Source: a virus (taxonomy: Duplodnaviria > Heunggongvirae > Uroviricota > Caudoviricetes). Taken from it: DNA of 64,000 nt. The notes beneath the pieces are model-generated. The model was not told the DNA's origin. It saw only the letters and a program-made list of their open reading frames with translations, and did not search any database. Of the stretch, positions 1 to 9,962 are shown piece by piece; position 1 is the first letter of the stretch; each line of letters begins with the position of its first letter. The DNA is taken from the IMG/VR virus record IMGVR_UViG_3300006056_000031, positions 15,911 to 79,910 of that record. One strand, given 5' to 3'. The translations under genes were made by a program, and so were the position numbers.

Positions 1-300
1 ATCTTTATTTATGGACATGGCCCTCCAGATTTTAATTTTACCATCTTTGACAATTTCTCCTTTGATCTTGGAAACAAATTCATCTGCTAGATAGTCTAAT
101 TCGTATTTAACCCAATTTGAAAATTCTTCTTCCTCTACCTCGTCATCATTAGATATTCCCTCCTCGTGCATATATTGATACATTAAAGATTCCCTATTAT
201 AGCTATCTGATAGAACTATACTTAGAAATTTTTTATTTATCACGTCGTCGAGTCCTATTGCGGCTATCGATGCTTCATTTATAAAATCTGCATATTTTAA
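1..300 (-). CDS. hypothetical protein (partial; gene runs off the window edge, start codon at 298-300 on minus strand)
   Basis: Reverse-complement reading from ATG(298-300) gives an uninterrupted ORF of about 100 codons (MLKYADFINEASIAAIGLDDV...) that reaches the window edge. It is co-oriented with the two minus-strand ORFs that follow. Confidence 0.4.
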
Positions 301-310
301 CATCTGTTGA

Positions 311-877
311 TTATTTCTTCTTTTTGGTGGATTTTGCTTTCTTAGCTTGTTTGTAAAGTGCACCGTCACCAACCTCTGTTGTTCTACCCCCAACTACAAA
401 CGAATTAACTCTAGAAAATCCCCATTGCTGCGGGTTTGTCCCAGGTACGTGACCATTTTTCCATGCTGCATAACCTCTAGCAAAAACCTTTCTAAGTATT
501 CCTAGTGGAAATCCTGTTTTTTTAGCTTTGTTCTTTAGAGCTTTATCAACCTTTGAATCCTCAAGTAGTGATTCATCATTAAATTCCTCGAATATCTCAT
601 ATGCTGCTAATTCAATCTCTGAATTAAATTCCTCGATTGGTACTATATTTCCAGGTGTTTCGAAATCTTCGCTCTCCCCGTATAGCTCTTTAAATTTCTT
701 AGTGTATTTACTAGCTTTAGTTGGAACTTTTTTACCCTTCCCAGCTTTACCGCTTTTATAATCAGCATCCCAAGGTCCATATGCTGAGTCATCATTGTCA
801 GCTTTATCTCCATGCTTTTTTATTTCCCTTTTCATGATGTTGGGATTAGTTTTTAGGTATTTCTTTGGATATTTCAT
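311..877 (-). CDS. hypothetical lysine-rich protein
   Basis: ORF of 188 aa on the minus strand, Lys-rich at both termini. No recognised motif. Confidence 0.5.
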   Translation of the reverse strand: MKYPKKYLKTNPNIMKREIKKHGDKADNDDSAYGPWDADYKSGKAGKGKKVPTKASKYTKKFKELYGESEDFETPGNIVPIEEFNSEIELAAYEIFEEFNDESLLEDSKVDKALKNKAKKTGFPLGILRKVFARGYAAWKNGHVPGTNPQQWGFSRVNSFVVGGRTTEVGDGALYKQAKKAKSTKKKK

Positions 878-1112
878 ACTTTATGTTTTTTATAATTTAG
901 TCCATTCTTTAAATCTCATAATGGATTCCTTTAGTGTTTCAACAAAATCGAAATCTCTAAGAAAATCACCAAAGTCTTCCAGGTATCCCCTTTTAGTTTC
1001 GTCGTATTTATCTTTGGTCCATTGCCAGTTAAAACTCAATACTTCAGGAGTCTTAAATCCAAAAAATCTAAATACATCCCTTTCCAATTTAACAGCATTT
1101 TCACCATTCCAG

Positions 1113-1631
1113 TTATGACCAATTGCTACAATTCCGCATTCCTTGTTTTTTTAATAAATTAGACTCGCCCAATGTGGCGTGTCTATTTTCTAACCAAGTT
1201 AATCTTTCAATTAATTCGGTGTAAATGGAATTCATTTTACCCCAACGGATGGAACCGAAAAATATAATTATATCTGCTTCGAAAATAGCGTTTGCTACCT
1301 TGTACATCTCATCAGATTCATTATTTAGAGAAGCCCAGCATCTGATATTTCCAGTTGGATTCTTTGATTTATTTTTTAGCATAGCCTCTTTTAAACCACA
1401 AGTGTTACCTCTCTTAGTGGATACGTTACCCTCACATGGGAATATTTTCAGTTTTGCAACATTGATCAATTCGATATTATCAGAACCAAGTTTTTTAATA
1501 AGCTCGTGTGCTATCATTGAAGATTTGGGTAATTCCTTGTCACCTTCCCATCTATTGGAGGTTGTTAGAAAGAGTACCTTTTTCTTTTTGTTCTTCTTTA
1601 TGTAATTATAAAGTCTTTTCAATTTATCCAT
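1113..1631 (-). CDS. flavodoxin-like fold protein (NAD(P)H-dependent FMN-reductase-like)
   Basis: ORF of 172 aa. The N-terminal KKVLFLTTSNRWEG and the later EADIIIFFGSIRWG resemble the two nucleotide-binding loops of flavodoxin-like FMN reductases. This is motif-level similarity only. Confidence 0.35.
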   Translation of the reverse strand: MDKLKRLYNYIKKNKKKKVLFLTTSNRWEGDKELPKSSMIAHELIKKLGSDNIELINVAKLKIFPCEGNVSTKRGNTCGLKEAMLKNKSKNPTGNIRCWASLNNESDEMYKVANAIFEADIIIFFGSIRWGKMNSIYTELIERLTWLENRHATLGESNLLKKQGMRNCSNWS

Positions 1632-1650
1632 GGATTATATATCCATAATT

Positions 1651-1688
1651 TTTTTTATCCGCAAGATTGTTTTATATTTGCAATATAA
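1651..1688 (+). promoter_or_regulatory. phage promoter, Bacteroidota -7 box TATATTTGC (1673-1681), with upstream T-rich/TCCGCAAG element; divergent from the minus-strand gene upstream
   Basis: Motif shared with 14 other sites in the window. ATG at 1699. Confidence 0.55.
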
Positions 1689-1698
1689 AAAATAGAAT

Positions 1699-2013
1699 AT
1701 GACGGTAAGTGAATTTAGGGATGGTATGGCTGATCTATCAAAGATCATTCATGGGAAAGGTGCTAAGGAATTTTATTTACTTTCAGAGAATCTGTGCATG
1801 AGCAAGCATTTAATACCAGAGGAACTTAGAGGTGAATTTGAGGAATTCTATTCCGGTGGTGATTATGGAGAACATACCGCTAACACAGCAGAATTTATAC
1901 ATCAATTTGCACGTGACATGGAAGCTAATATGATACTGATGGATTTTGAAATTGATGAATTTTTAGAAACGTTAACCTGGGTCAGAAATTCTGAAGCAGA
2001 AAAAATGGATTAA
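1699..2013 (+). CDS. hypothetical protein
   Basis: ORF of 104 aa immediately downstream of a TATATTTGC promoter box. Its stop overlaps the next start. Confidence 0.5.
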   Translation: MTVSEFRDGMADLSKIIHGKGAKEFYLLSENLCMSKHLIPEELRGEFEEFYSGGDYGEHTANTAEFIHQFARDMEANMILMDFEIDEFLETLTWVRNSEAEKMD

Positions 2014-2015
2014 TT

Positions 2016-2801
2016 ATGGGGCTAGATATAACAGTTTATCGACCAATAAAGGTCACAGACATCGAAAAAATAGAGGACTATTATGTCCTTAGTGAAATGC
2101 CAGAACTTGATGTTTTCAGGGATTTAGCTTTCGAAAAGGAAAACTCATACTATGATTTGGAAGCACCAATAAAATTATTGGGAAGAGAACCGGAAGACTT
2201 CTTGTGTGTTGGAGCATCCTATGGGAAGGAAGCTGCCTTTAGTTATCTTGATAGCAAACATGAACTGTATGAAGCCTACGAATTTCTGAATGAGCATTGG
2301 CACTCCGTATATTTCGAAACTAAGGAGGAATTATTTGCTTCGGAGATTTTCAAGGAATATAACAAAAGATTTGCTTCAGTAATGAAGAAATTTGGATACC
2401 GACCAAGATACAAATATTTTGCAAGCGGTAATATGACAACCTATTACAATCTGAATTTGGCAAAAGATTTTTCTGAAAAATGGGTAAAGATGATTATTAT
2501 AGATCCGCCAACAGAAAATAAGATAGAAACCTGTATAGGATTTGAGGAGGTTGGTTACCAAAGAAAGGGTGCTAATAAAAAATTCTACGAGGATGGCACA
2601 TGGGATTCACCATGTATCGTTGATTCAAAAACACTTAATGAACACTGGGAAAAATACTTCTCCCACCAAACACCAGAAAGCAAAGGTGGATGGGGTAGCG
2701 GTGTTGAATACAGTAAAGAAGACACTGAAATGCGAGAGGATTTCAAAAGAAATATTATTGACAAGTTCGTCGAAGGTGAAACCTTTGTGATTTACCATTA
2801 A
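2016..2801 (+). CDS. hypothetical protein
   Basis: ORF of 261 aa, followed by a strong hairpin terminator. Confidence 0.55.
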   Translation: MGLDITVYRPIKVTDIEKIEDYYVLSEMPELDVFRDLAFEKENSYYDLEAPIKLLGREPEDFLCVGASYGKEAAFSYLDSKHELYEAYEFLNEHWHSVYFETKEELFASEIFKEYNKRFASVMKKFGYRPRYKYFASGNMTTYYNLNLAKDFSEKWVKMIIIDPPTENKIETCIGFEEVGYQRKGANKKFYEDGTWDSPCIVDSKTLNEHWEKYFSHQTPESKGGWGSGVEYSKEDTEMREDFKRNIIDKFVEGETFVIYH

Positions 2802-2825
2802 TATTAATTGTTTTTATTTTGAAAA

Positions 2826-2866
2826 AAATCCTCGGGAATATTTTTTTATTCTCGAGGATTTTTATT
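2826..2866 (+). terminator. rho-independent terminator
   Basis: AATCCTCGGGAATA-ttttttt-ATTCTCGAGGATT hairpin followed by a T run. Confidence 0.6.
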
Positions 2867-2880
2867 ATATTTGCATTATA
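2845..2880 (+). promoter_or_regulatory. phage promoter (-7 box 2866-2874)
   Basis: ttattctcgaggatttttattatatttgcattataaaa. The upstream element overlaps the terminator stem. Confidence 0.55.
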
Positions 2881-2893
2881 AAATATAAAAGTA

Positions 2894-3160
2894 ATGAATA
2901 AGGAATATTTTGAGAGTATTGGTTGGAAATTTAACTCCGAATTCAGAGGAGTAATTCAATTCCAAAGAGGAGATATCTGGAAGGATAATGGAGCTGGAGC
3001 TTTTATAGATTTTGATACAAATACAAGCAAGCTTCTTATAATCACTACTGATATTGGCTTTAATGTGAATGGACCAAACACGTCAACTAAATTCAACGGT
3101 CGATGTGACTCACCAGAAACATTCAAACTAATCTGTGATCTAATAGAATTAAAAGTATGA
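2894..3160 (+). CDS. hypothetical protein
   Basis: ORF of 88 aa downstream of promoter box 2866-2874. ATGA overlap with the next ORF. Confidence 0.5.
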   Translation: MNKEYFESIGWKFNSEFRGVIQFQRGDIWKDNGAGAFIDFDTNTSKLLIITTDIGFNVNGPNTSTKFNGRCDSPETFKLICDLIELKV

Positions 3161-3522
3161 GTTTAAAAATAAACAAAGATCAAATAGCTAGTGTTACTCA
3201 ACATAACCAATTGAAATCCCGCTATTATGACGAATGGACAGAAGCTGGTAAGGAAACATGGTTTTTTGGTTTACTAACCGTTAATTCATGGGAAGGTGGT
3301 TATCATTCTTCATTTCTTAATACCTATGAAAATAAGGAACAATGGGAGAAGGACAACTATTACGAGAAAGAACCACGGGGTGGCTTATATTATGATCCGC
3401 ACTTAATAATTAAGATGTCCAACGGTGAAAGCATTACTAAATATTTTAAAACCATCAGCTCGATGGAATGGTGGGTTGTTGATAATCTAAAAGACGTTAA
3501 CTTAATAAAAATAAACGACTAA
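3157..3522 (+). CDS. hypothetical protein
   Basis: ORF of 121 aa in an operon-like array. Confidence 0.5.
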   Translation: MSLKINKDQIASVTQHNQLKSRYYDEWTEAGKETWFFGLLTVNSWEGGYHSSFLNTYENKEQWEKDNYYEKEPRGGLYYDPHLIIKMSNGESITKYFKTISSMEWWVVDNLKDVNLIKIND

Positions 3523-3524
3523 TT

Positions 3525-3914
3525 ATGGAAGATCTTTTTGTTGGTTACCTATTATCATATAAACTTAAATCCGCTGGTTTTAATGAACCCTGTTTTGCTT
3601 ACTATGGTGAAATAAATGGTGGAGAAATGATATTATTCGACAAGAAACGCTTTGATACAGAGCATGCTGGTGTTCTTGCTCCTACTATTCAGCAGGTGGA
3701 GAAATGGCTCCTCGAAGTCCATGAGATTTTATTGATCCCAAATTTTGATGACGCCACCTGGACTTGTGATATTTTCGAGTTTGCTGAACCTGATTTGGTT
3801 TATCTTGACACTGTTGGAATCGAGGAGAAGGGTTATTATTCAGAGTCACTTCGAGCTAAGAATGAGGTCCTAATTAAAGCAATATATGAATCTTTAAATA
3901 AAATTAAAAAATGA
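3525..3914 (+). CDS. hypothetical protein, paralog family A (GF-EPC N-terminal motif)
   Basis: 129 aa. The N-terminal LxxxLKSAGFNEPCFAYY and the central APTIQQVEKWL motif are shared with the ORFs at 6306, 29468 and 29851. Confidence 0.55.
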   Translation: MEDLFVGYLLSYKLKSAGFNEPCFAYYGEINGGEMILFDKKRFDTEHAGVLAPTIQQVEKWLLEVHEILLIPNFDDATWTCDIFEFAEPDLVYLDTVGIEEKGYYSESLRAKNEVLIKAIYESLNKIKK

Positions 3915-4903
3915 TAGATAAAATATTCACAGTTTTCAAGAAAAAACCATCAGTAGAATCAGAGGTAGCTGTATATGATAATCCGGGTCTTTCGGAGGAT
4001 CAGAGATTGATTGACGAAATTCATAATGAATTCGATACAGCTCCTCAGCGTATTTTAGATCAAGCATTAGAGATCATCAATAGGGAATCCGATGTTAAGG
4101 TGGAACTCCAGAGCAAGATAGTGGAAAAAGCATTAAGACTTAAAACTTTAGGGTTTGAGAAGAATGCACTAGTTCACAATCTTACCCATACTGAAAGGGA
4201 AATTAAAAAATCCGAGGGTCTTATTGACATGGGTTCCGCGATGGCACACAGAGTCAAGTACTACACAAGCACTTATCCATTCTTGAAGTTTCTTCCTGAA
4301 TCTGAACTTGACCGAATATGTGACAAGTACGGATTGGTTTATGCTCCTGTAAAACATTACAAGATGCCGGTTCCGGAAAAGAATCTACAAGAGATTGAAA
4401 ATGCGCAAAGACTGAATCCATCAGACGAACAAAAGAATCTTGTCACTTATAAGTTTCAAAATAAGTACGAATCTAATAGTAAAGATTTTAACGAATTAGT
4501 TAAACTGTTTGGTGGAGATACTTTTAATGAAGAACAACTAAAACAAATTCACATGGAGTATTTTGGAGGACTTAATCAGCATAGATTATCCGATACCTTT
4601 TGGCACTATGGTTATCTTGCAGAGAGAGGTAGAATATCCAATCCAGTGATTTCTAAAGGTATTATTGCTGATGCAATAGAGACAACATACGACAGAACAG
4701 GTCTATTCATTGCTGCCCCAAAAGAACACTTTGATCTGAGTGGTTTAGCATTTGATAAAAATAAAGGCTACTATCATGCTAAAACTGTTCGGATCATCAA
4801 AGATCCAATTGTATTTCGTTATGTAAAAGGTGGGATACAGGTTTTATCAAAATGGGGGCTTGAAGCTGAAGATCCAGCTCTACAGGTTGAAATTTTAAAT
4901 TAA
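3911..4903 (+). CDS. hypothetical protein
   Basis: ORF of 330 aa. ATGA overlap with the upstream ORF. Confidence 0.55.
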   Translation: MIDKIFTVFKKKPSVESEVAVYDNPGLSEDQRLIDEIHNEFDTAPQRILDQALEIINRESDVKVELQSKIVEKALRLKTLGFEKNALVHNLTHTEREIKKSEGLIDMGSAMAHRVKYYTSTYPFLKFLPESELDRICDKYGLVYAPVKHYKMPVPEKNLQEIENAQRLNPSDEQKNLVTYKFQNKYESNSKDFNELVKLFGGDTFNEEQLKQIHMEYFGGLNQHRLSDTFWHYGYLAERGRISNPVISKGIIADAIETTYDRTGLFIAAPKEHFDLSGLAFDKNKGYYHAKTVRIIKDPIVFRYVKGGIQVLSKWGLEAEDPALQVEILN

Positions 4904-4908
4904 CACCA

Positions 4909-5295
4909 ATGAGAGAATTTAAGGACAGATCTGAGATGACTCGGGAGGAGATTATCGACATGGAGCATTCTTTGGAATGTGAAATGTATGGTAAAAAATA
5001 CCCTGACACATTCAAGAAAAAATATCCGAAGATCACAAAGGAGAATAGCGAAGAGATGGAATTAGCATACTGCGATCATTCGGTTAAAAATCTGAAGGTT
5101 GGTAATAGACTCATTACATCTTTCTATACACCCTATGGCATATCCGGTATAGATGGATGGTTTTCTAAACAGATCAAAAATGGTCCTGACAGATACACCA
5201 GAGAGAACATGGAGAGAATGATACGCAGAAATCCGCATCTCTCAAATATTATAAAAACTAATTTATTGGATAATCTGGAATCGATATGGAAATGA
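4909..5295 (+). CDS. hypothetical protein
   Basis: ORF of 128 aa. Confidence 0.5.
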   Translation: MREFKDRSEMTREEIIDMEHSLECEMYGKKYPDTFKKKYPKITKENSEEMELAYCDHSVKNLKVGNRLITSFYTPYGISGIDGWFSKQIKNGPDRYTRENMERMIRRNPHLSNIIKTNLLDNLESIWK

Positions 5296-5418
5296 CAGTA
5301 CAGGATTGCTTAGATCAACTTGACGAGAAAGCCAAGATACTTAAATGGCTCATAGAAGGAAGTGGAATACACTGTCTCCCTATATCCTTCCTACATATTC
5401 TAACAAAAGAAAGAATAT

Positions 5419-5844
5419 GTGAGCTTTATAACACAGAACTATCATACTTTGAATAAAATGATTGAATTAAAAACACCTAAAATCGAGGAGAAACCAACTT
5501 ATTGCCATGCGTGGGTTTCTAAAGTTTCCGACAAGGTTATGTGCAATACCATGACCTGTTGCGGCTATGCCTTTCATGGATTGAAGGACAGAGTAACTAA
5601 TGGGTTTATGAAATCCGCAAATAAGAACGGGTTATTGGAAGATGATCCACATAAGTTGGAGAAAATAGGCTCGCATCCTTTAGTGGAGGGTAAGTTCATG
5701 TTTAATGATGGAACATTCCATGATCCAAATAAAACTCCGGAGCAATATAAAAAAGACATCACAGAAATCCGCAGAAAGGTGGACGAGGAAATGAGGGAGA
5801 AATTTGGTGACTATATGAACGATTCAGATGAAGACGATGAGTAA
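5419..5844 (+). CDS. hypothetical protein (acidic C-terminus)
   Basis: ORF of 141 aa with a Cys/His-rich N-terminal half and a DSDEDDE tail. Confidence 0.5.
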   Translation: MSFITQNYHTLNKMIELKTPKIEEKPTYCHAWVSKVSDKVMCNTMTCCGYAFHGLKDRVTNGFMKSANKNGLLEDDPHKLEKIGSHPLVEGKFMFNDGTFHDPNKTPEQYKKDITEIRRKVDEEMREKFGDYMNDSDEDDE

Positions 5845-6313
5845 GGATTTCGAAAGATTCTGTAACATGCTATATGCATCAGGTGGACATATATGGACTA
5901 GTCTTAATAACGGTACACCAATGTATCTTTACGAAGGTGAGGTTTACTATGAGGGAAGGGATTGTTTTAAAGACGCAAAGTATGGCTATCTTTATTTCAT
6001 AACAAGAAATGAAGATGGACAAATGGTAGCAACAAAGGCATCTAAAAACTATAAACAAATTGGCCATGTTCTTTCGCTAAACCTTGCAATATATCTTCTT
6101 AGAAAAGCAGATGGCGAAGTTTATAATATAGTTCCTGCGGAGAGGGGATTTAAAATATTCACACCTCTTGGGACATATCATTATCACGATGGAAACTTCT
6201 ATGAGAACAGAGAGATAATAGATAGACTTTGTGTGGCATTCGAGGAGGACCTTAAAAAATATCCATTGTTTGTGGATGAAGTTGAATTTCAAAATATAGA
6301 ACATCATGGATAA
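5828..6313 (+). CDS. hypothetical protein
   Basis: ORF of 161 aa overlapping the upstream ORF by 17 nt. Confidence 0.5.
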   Translation: MKTMSKDFERFCNMLYASGGHIWTSLNNGTPMYLYEGEVYYEGRDCFKDAKYGYLYFITRNEDGQMVATKASKNYKQIGHVLSLNLAIYLLRKADGEVYNIVPAERGFKIFTPLGTYHYHDGNFYENREIIDRLCVAFEEDLKKYPLFVDEVEFQNIEHHG

Positions 6314-6680
6314 AGAATTTATATCATATGATCTTGCCGAGGAATTAAAATCGATGGGCTATGATGAACCGTGCCTCGCAATGTATTCGGATGAGGTCCT
6401 GGAGATGTGGCTGCAGGATCAATACGATTTTAGGAGTGTAGGTGAAGAGGGAGGATTCCAATTTAGGAATTCGATGTGGGATGATTCCAGATTCGTAGCA
6501 GCTCCTCTATTGCAACAAGGTTTTAATTGGTTTCTAGATAATTATGGCATATTCGCCGAAACAACCTTATGGGGTGACGGTATAGGATATATGAGCACAA
6601 TCAAGGAGATAAGACAGGAGAACTTCAAGGAAGTTTATAATCTAGGTTCAGCAACTCCGAATAGGGGTTTACCCAATTGA
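6306..6680 (+). CDS. hypothetical protein, paralog family A
   Basis: 124 aa. LAEELKSMGYDEPCLAMY and AAPLLQQGFNWFL match the family A motifs. Confidence 0.55.
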   Translation: MDKEFISYDLAEELKSMGYDEPCLAMYSDEVLEMWLQDQYDFRSVGEEGGFQFRNSMWDDSRFVAAPLLQQGFNWFLDNYGIFAETTLWGDGIGYMSTIKEIRQENFKEVYNLGSATPNRGLPN

Positions 6681-6689
6681 GACAGGAAT

Positions 6690-6950
6690 TTGGAATCTCT
6701 GGCTTGTCTTAAAAAGATAATTGAGATTGTAAAATCTAAAGAATCATTGGATACTGATAAATGGAGGGTTCTAATAAATCCTATAGAAAGAGAAGATTTC
6801 CTATTATCCATTAGCTCGATATTACCAGATGAGAATAATGATACCACAGGGAAGGGATATAGTGAAACGTATCATACCGACCATGGAACATATGAGGTTA
6901 TATGGAAAACTGATAAAGAACAACCGATCGTTAGAAAACTTATAAAATGA
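6690..6950 (+). CDS. hypothetical protein
   Basis: ORF of 86 aa. Confidence 0.45.
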   Translation: MESLACLKKIIEIVKSKESLDTDKWRVLINPIEREDFLLSISSILPDENNDTTGKGYSETYHTDHGTYEVIWKTDKEQPIVRKLIK

Positions 6951-7372
6951 TAGAAGAAATAGTAAAATATGAAACTGCCATACTAGCAAAGACTAAGAAA
7001 TTTAATGTGCTTGTTAGTGATGCTTATTTCATGGCAAATGATAATGGTGAAATAACATTGGGAATGTCTAATTACGATGAGCCTATATATGGTGAAATTA
7101 AGGCACCAAGTCAATCTCTATTGCAAAGATGGCTTAGAGAAACCCACAACATTGATGTTGATGTAACCAGAGATAGCGAGGTCCACTACCAGGATGAAAC
7201 TCGATGGATAGTTAAGGTTTCGAATTGGAATGATATTCAGATAAAGGAATTCTCGATTGCACAATTGAAATTTCCGAACCATTCGCATCACATCGATTTT
7301 AAATCGTATGAGGAAGCATTAGAAAAAGGATTAGAAGAAGGATTAAAATTTATAGAGAATGAGAAAATTTGA
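6947..7372 (+). CDS. hypothetical protein
   Basis: ORF of 141 aa with an ATGA overlap. Confidence 0.5.
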   Translation: MIEEIVKYETAILAKTKKFNVLVSDAYFMANDNGEITLGMSNYDEPIYGEIKAPSQSLLQRWLRETHNIDVDVTRDSEVHYQDETRWIVKVSNWNDIQIKEFSIAQLKFPNHSHHIDFKSYEEALEKGLEEGLKFIENEKI

Positions 7373-7844
7373 GAAATTAACCCAGCTTAGAGGTTATGTT
7401 AGGAGAGCTTTAAATGGAGGTCTTAAGGAAGTACATATAGGCGATGATGTTTGGCTTTTTGGAAGACAAAAGCATATAAAAGGTAAAGGTATGCATATGG
7501 TTGTTTATGGTCCAGATAGAAAAACTGAACATCATATCTGGGGTGAGGATGTTAATGATCTTGTCATTGACGACGATTATGGAAATGATGGCTATGTTAA
7601 CAGAGATGGCAACAGAGCATCGGAAGCAAAGGTAAAGATCTACATTCTAACAAACATCCTAGACAGCCGTGAAAATTGGTGCTTTGATTTAAAGATGATC
7701 CCGGAAAATGGTCCGCTTAAAGTTGTTTATTCGAACGGGACCGTTAGGAACATAGAATTTGATGGTGTATTTGAGGATGCCCAATTGAAGAAGGATTGGG
7801 GATACAGATATGAGGTTAAGCCGGTAGGCTATCGAATTAAATAG
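7359..7844 (+). CDS. hypothetical protein
   Basis: ORF of 161 aa. Confidence 0.5.
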   Translation: MRKFEKLTQLRGYVRRALNGGLKEVHIGDDVWLFGRQKHIKGKGMHMVVYGPDRKTEHHIWGEDVNDLVIDDDYGNDGYVNRDGNRASEAKVKIYILTNILDSRENWCFDLKMIPENGPLKVVYSNGTVRNIEFDGVFEDAQLKKDWGYRYEVKPVGYRIK

Positions 7845-7852
7845 GAATTTAT

Positions 7853-7890
7853 TTTTTTATCTCGAATCTTTTATTTATATTTGCATAATA
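7853..7890 (+). promoter_or_regulatory. phage promoter (-7 box 7876-7884)
   Basis: tttttttatctcgaatcttttatttatatttgcataataaaa. Confidence 0.55.
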
Positions 7891-7899
7891 AAATAACAA

Positions 7900-8694
7900 A
7901 TGAAAGTGAAGGACTACTATTTAAAAAACGGCGAAAGGGTAAGACTCATAGAGAAGATAGGAGATAATAGGTTTCTTGTTGAGAACTATATGTACTACAC
8001 TGGATACGAGGGTGAGGAATTTGAGGATCCCTCAGGGATACAAACAGTAGTCAATGAAATTTTCGAATCTGTTCAACCAATTTATGCTAAGGAAGTTGAA
8101 TTCAACAAACAAAAATTAGCTGATATAAACAAGGAGATCGCGGAAAAAAGAAAAGAGCTCCTGGACGTAAAGACCGAATTAACGGTAAACGAAAAAAAGA
8201 GAAACGATCTAAGTAGGTTAATAATAGATCGGAGCCAATTTTTGACCTGTAAGGAGATGGTTATTTTCATAAAGGACAGAATAATGCCAGTTAGAAGAGA
8301 AGGCGGTGTGAGAGGTCTAAAAATGTCAATCGAAATAAATATGATAACCGGCGAGGAGAGAAGATGGACATATAAGATATATGACGACTATAACTCAAGC
8401 GGTGATTATGTTGAAAAATACTCGGATATTCTTTTTGATCCAACAGAGGAACAAGTTTATGATACTATAAAATCGAGAATAAAATCCGGAAATTTCACGT
8501 CAGCACAAATAGAATCGGTAGATGACAGTTATTTAGACGAAGCTCAGATTGAACGTAAGTATAATGATATTTTGGAAAGACAGATGCAGGAATATAATAA
8601 AATCGAATCTGAGATGACCAAACAAAAGGAAAAGTTAGATGATTTATCGATCAAGATAAGTAAAAATTTAAAATGGAAAAAACAAGAAGTATGA
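7900..8694 (+). CDS. hypothetical coiled-coil protein
   Basis: 264 aa with Lys/Glu-rich heptad-like stretches, downstream of promoter box 7876-7884. Confidence 0.5.
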   Translation: MKVKDYYLKNGERVRLIEKIGDNRFLVENYMYYTGYEGEEFEDPSGIQTVVNEIFESVQPIYAKEVEFNKQKLADINKEIAEKRKELLDVKTELTVNEKKRNDLSRLIIDRSQFLTCKEMVIFIKDRIMPVRREGGVRGLKMSIEINMITGEERRWTYKIYDDYNSSGDYVEKYSDILFDPTEEQVYDTIKSRIKSGNFTSAQIESVDDSYLDEAQIERKYNDILERQMQEYNKIESEMTKQKEKLDDLSIKISKNLKWKKQEV

Positions 8695-9068
8695 TAAGAA
8701 TAAACAATAATGACTATGTTGGTAGATCAATCAGCATAAGCGGAAATAAGATCATAGTGGACGGTAAGGATGTTACTGCGGATCACAAGGACAGTAAAAC
8801 AATTACGATTAATGTTACAGGGGATCTTGATAGCCTTGATGTCGATTACTGTGATAAGATAGAGATTAACGGAAACGTTAATAAAGCTAGAACAGGGAGT
8901 GGAGACATCAACTGCAACTCTATCACAAACGGAGCACAGACTGGGTCCGGTGATATTGAATGTGAATCTATTTCAGGTGATGTGCAGACAGGATCAGGAG
9001 ACGTAAAATCAACAACAATTACTGGATCTGTTAAGACTGGATCTGGTGATATTAAATATAGAAAATAA
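8691..9068 (+). CDS. repeat protein with four TGSGD(I/V) repeats
   Basis: The ORF contains tandem ~14-aa repeats: ..ARTGSGDINCNSIT / AQTGSGDIECESIS / VQTGSGDVKSTTIT / VKTGSGDIKY. The start was moved to the ATG at 8691 (ATGA overlap); the longer ORF began at 8673. Confidence 0.5.
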   Translation: MIRINNNDYVGRSISISGNKIIVDGKDVTADHKDSKTITINVTGDLDSLDVDYCDKIEINGNVNKARTGSGDINCNSITNGAQTGSGDIECESISGDVQTGSGDVKSTTITGSVKTGSGDIKYRK

Positions 9069-9937
9069 TGAGTCATTTTACAGTTATGGTTTTCGGCGAT
9101 GATGCCGAGAAACAATTAGCTCCATTCCAGGAGAACAATATGGGCGATTGTCCTGATGTATACATGGAATTCAACGACGAAACCGAGTACATTCAGAAAG
9201 AATGGGCCGACGAGGATCAGGAAACCAAGGATGAGTATAATAATGATGTGGATGCTTATGCTGACGATTATCATGGATACAAAAAAGACGAGGAAACTGG
9301 AAAGTATGGTTACTGGGAAAATCCTAATGCAAAATGGGATTGGTATCAGTTAGGAGGAAGATGGGCAGGTTTCTTTAAACTTAAACCTGGTGCAAAGGGA
9401 ACGGAAGGAAGAGCAGGATTATTCAGTAAAGGTGCTGAACCAGGACATGCTGATGCAGTTAGAAAATGTGATATCGATTTCGAGGGAATGAGAGAAGAAG
9501 CAGAAAAAGAGGCTGGTCAGAAATATGATGATGTGATAGCCATAGTTGGTGATTCGGTAAATGAAATGCAACCATGGGATTATGTTAGAGACGTTATGTT
9601 TCCGAAGGATCGAGATTTAGCTAGGGATTTCTATAATTCACAAATAGCACCAACAAGGTTAAAAGAATGGAACTCCAAGAATGATTTTAAAAATTCTTTT
9701 ATCAGTCTTGAGGATTTCAAAACAACCAGGGAGGAATATTGCAAAAGACAAGGGGATGCATCATTTGCTTCTTTCGCAGTAATCAAGGATGGAACTTGGT
9801 ACGAGAAAGGTGATATGGGATGGTGGGGAATGGTTTCTGACGAGAAGGAACAATCCAATTGGAATGCCGAGGTAGCCAACCTATTAGCAGATTTACCAGA
9901 TGACACATTAATCTCTCTTTACGATTGTCACATCTAG
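9068..9937 (+). CDS. hypothetical acidic protein
   Basis: ORF of 289 aa, Asp/Glu/Trp-rich. Confidence 0.5.
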   Translation: MSHFTVMVFGDDAEKQLAPFQENNMGDCPDVYMEFNDETEYIQKEWADEDQETKDEYNNDVDAYADDYHGYKKDEETGKYGYWENPNAKWDWYQLGGRWAGFFKLKPGAKGTEGRAGLFSKGAEPGHADAVRKCDIDFEGMREEAEKEAGQKYDDVIAIVGDSVNEMQPWDYVRDVMFPKDRDLARDFYNSQIAPTRLKEWNSKNDFKNSFISLEDFKTTREEYCKRQGDASFASFAVIKDGTWYEKGDMGWWGMVSDEKEQSNWNAEVANLLADLPDDTLISLYDCHI

Positions 9938-9962
9938 GATTACACTAATAAAAATCACCAAT

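Noticed and set aside
528-1118. Plus-strand ORFs (528..761, 795..1118, 1225..1605) overlapping the minus-strand genes at the window start
   Set aside because: They are antisense shadows of the longer minus-strand ORFs, with Ser/Leu/Phe-rich low-complexity products. The same applies to most of the 60-100-aa minus-strand ORFs in the track that lie inside + strand genes (for example 4169..4357, 8082..8270, 21358..21585, 24167..24436, 43730..44152).
2542-2790. 82-aa ORF nested inside the 2016..2801 ORF in another frame
   Set aside because: Fully overlaps a longer, better-supported ORF on the same strand. No independent promoter or motif.
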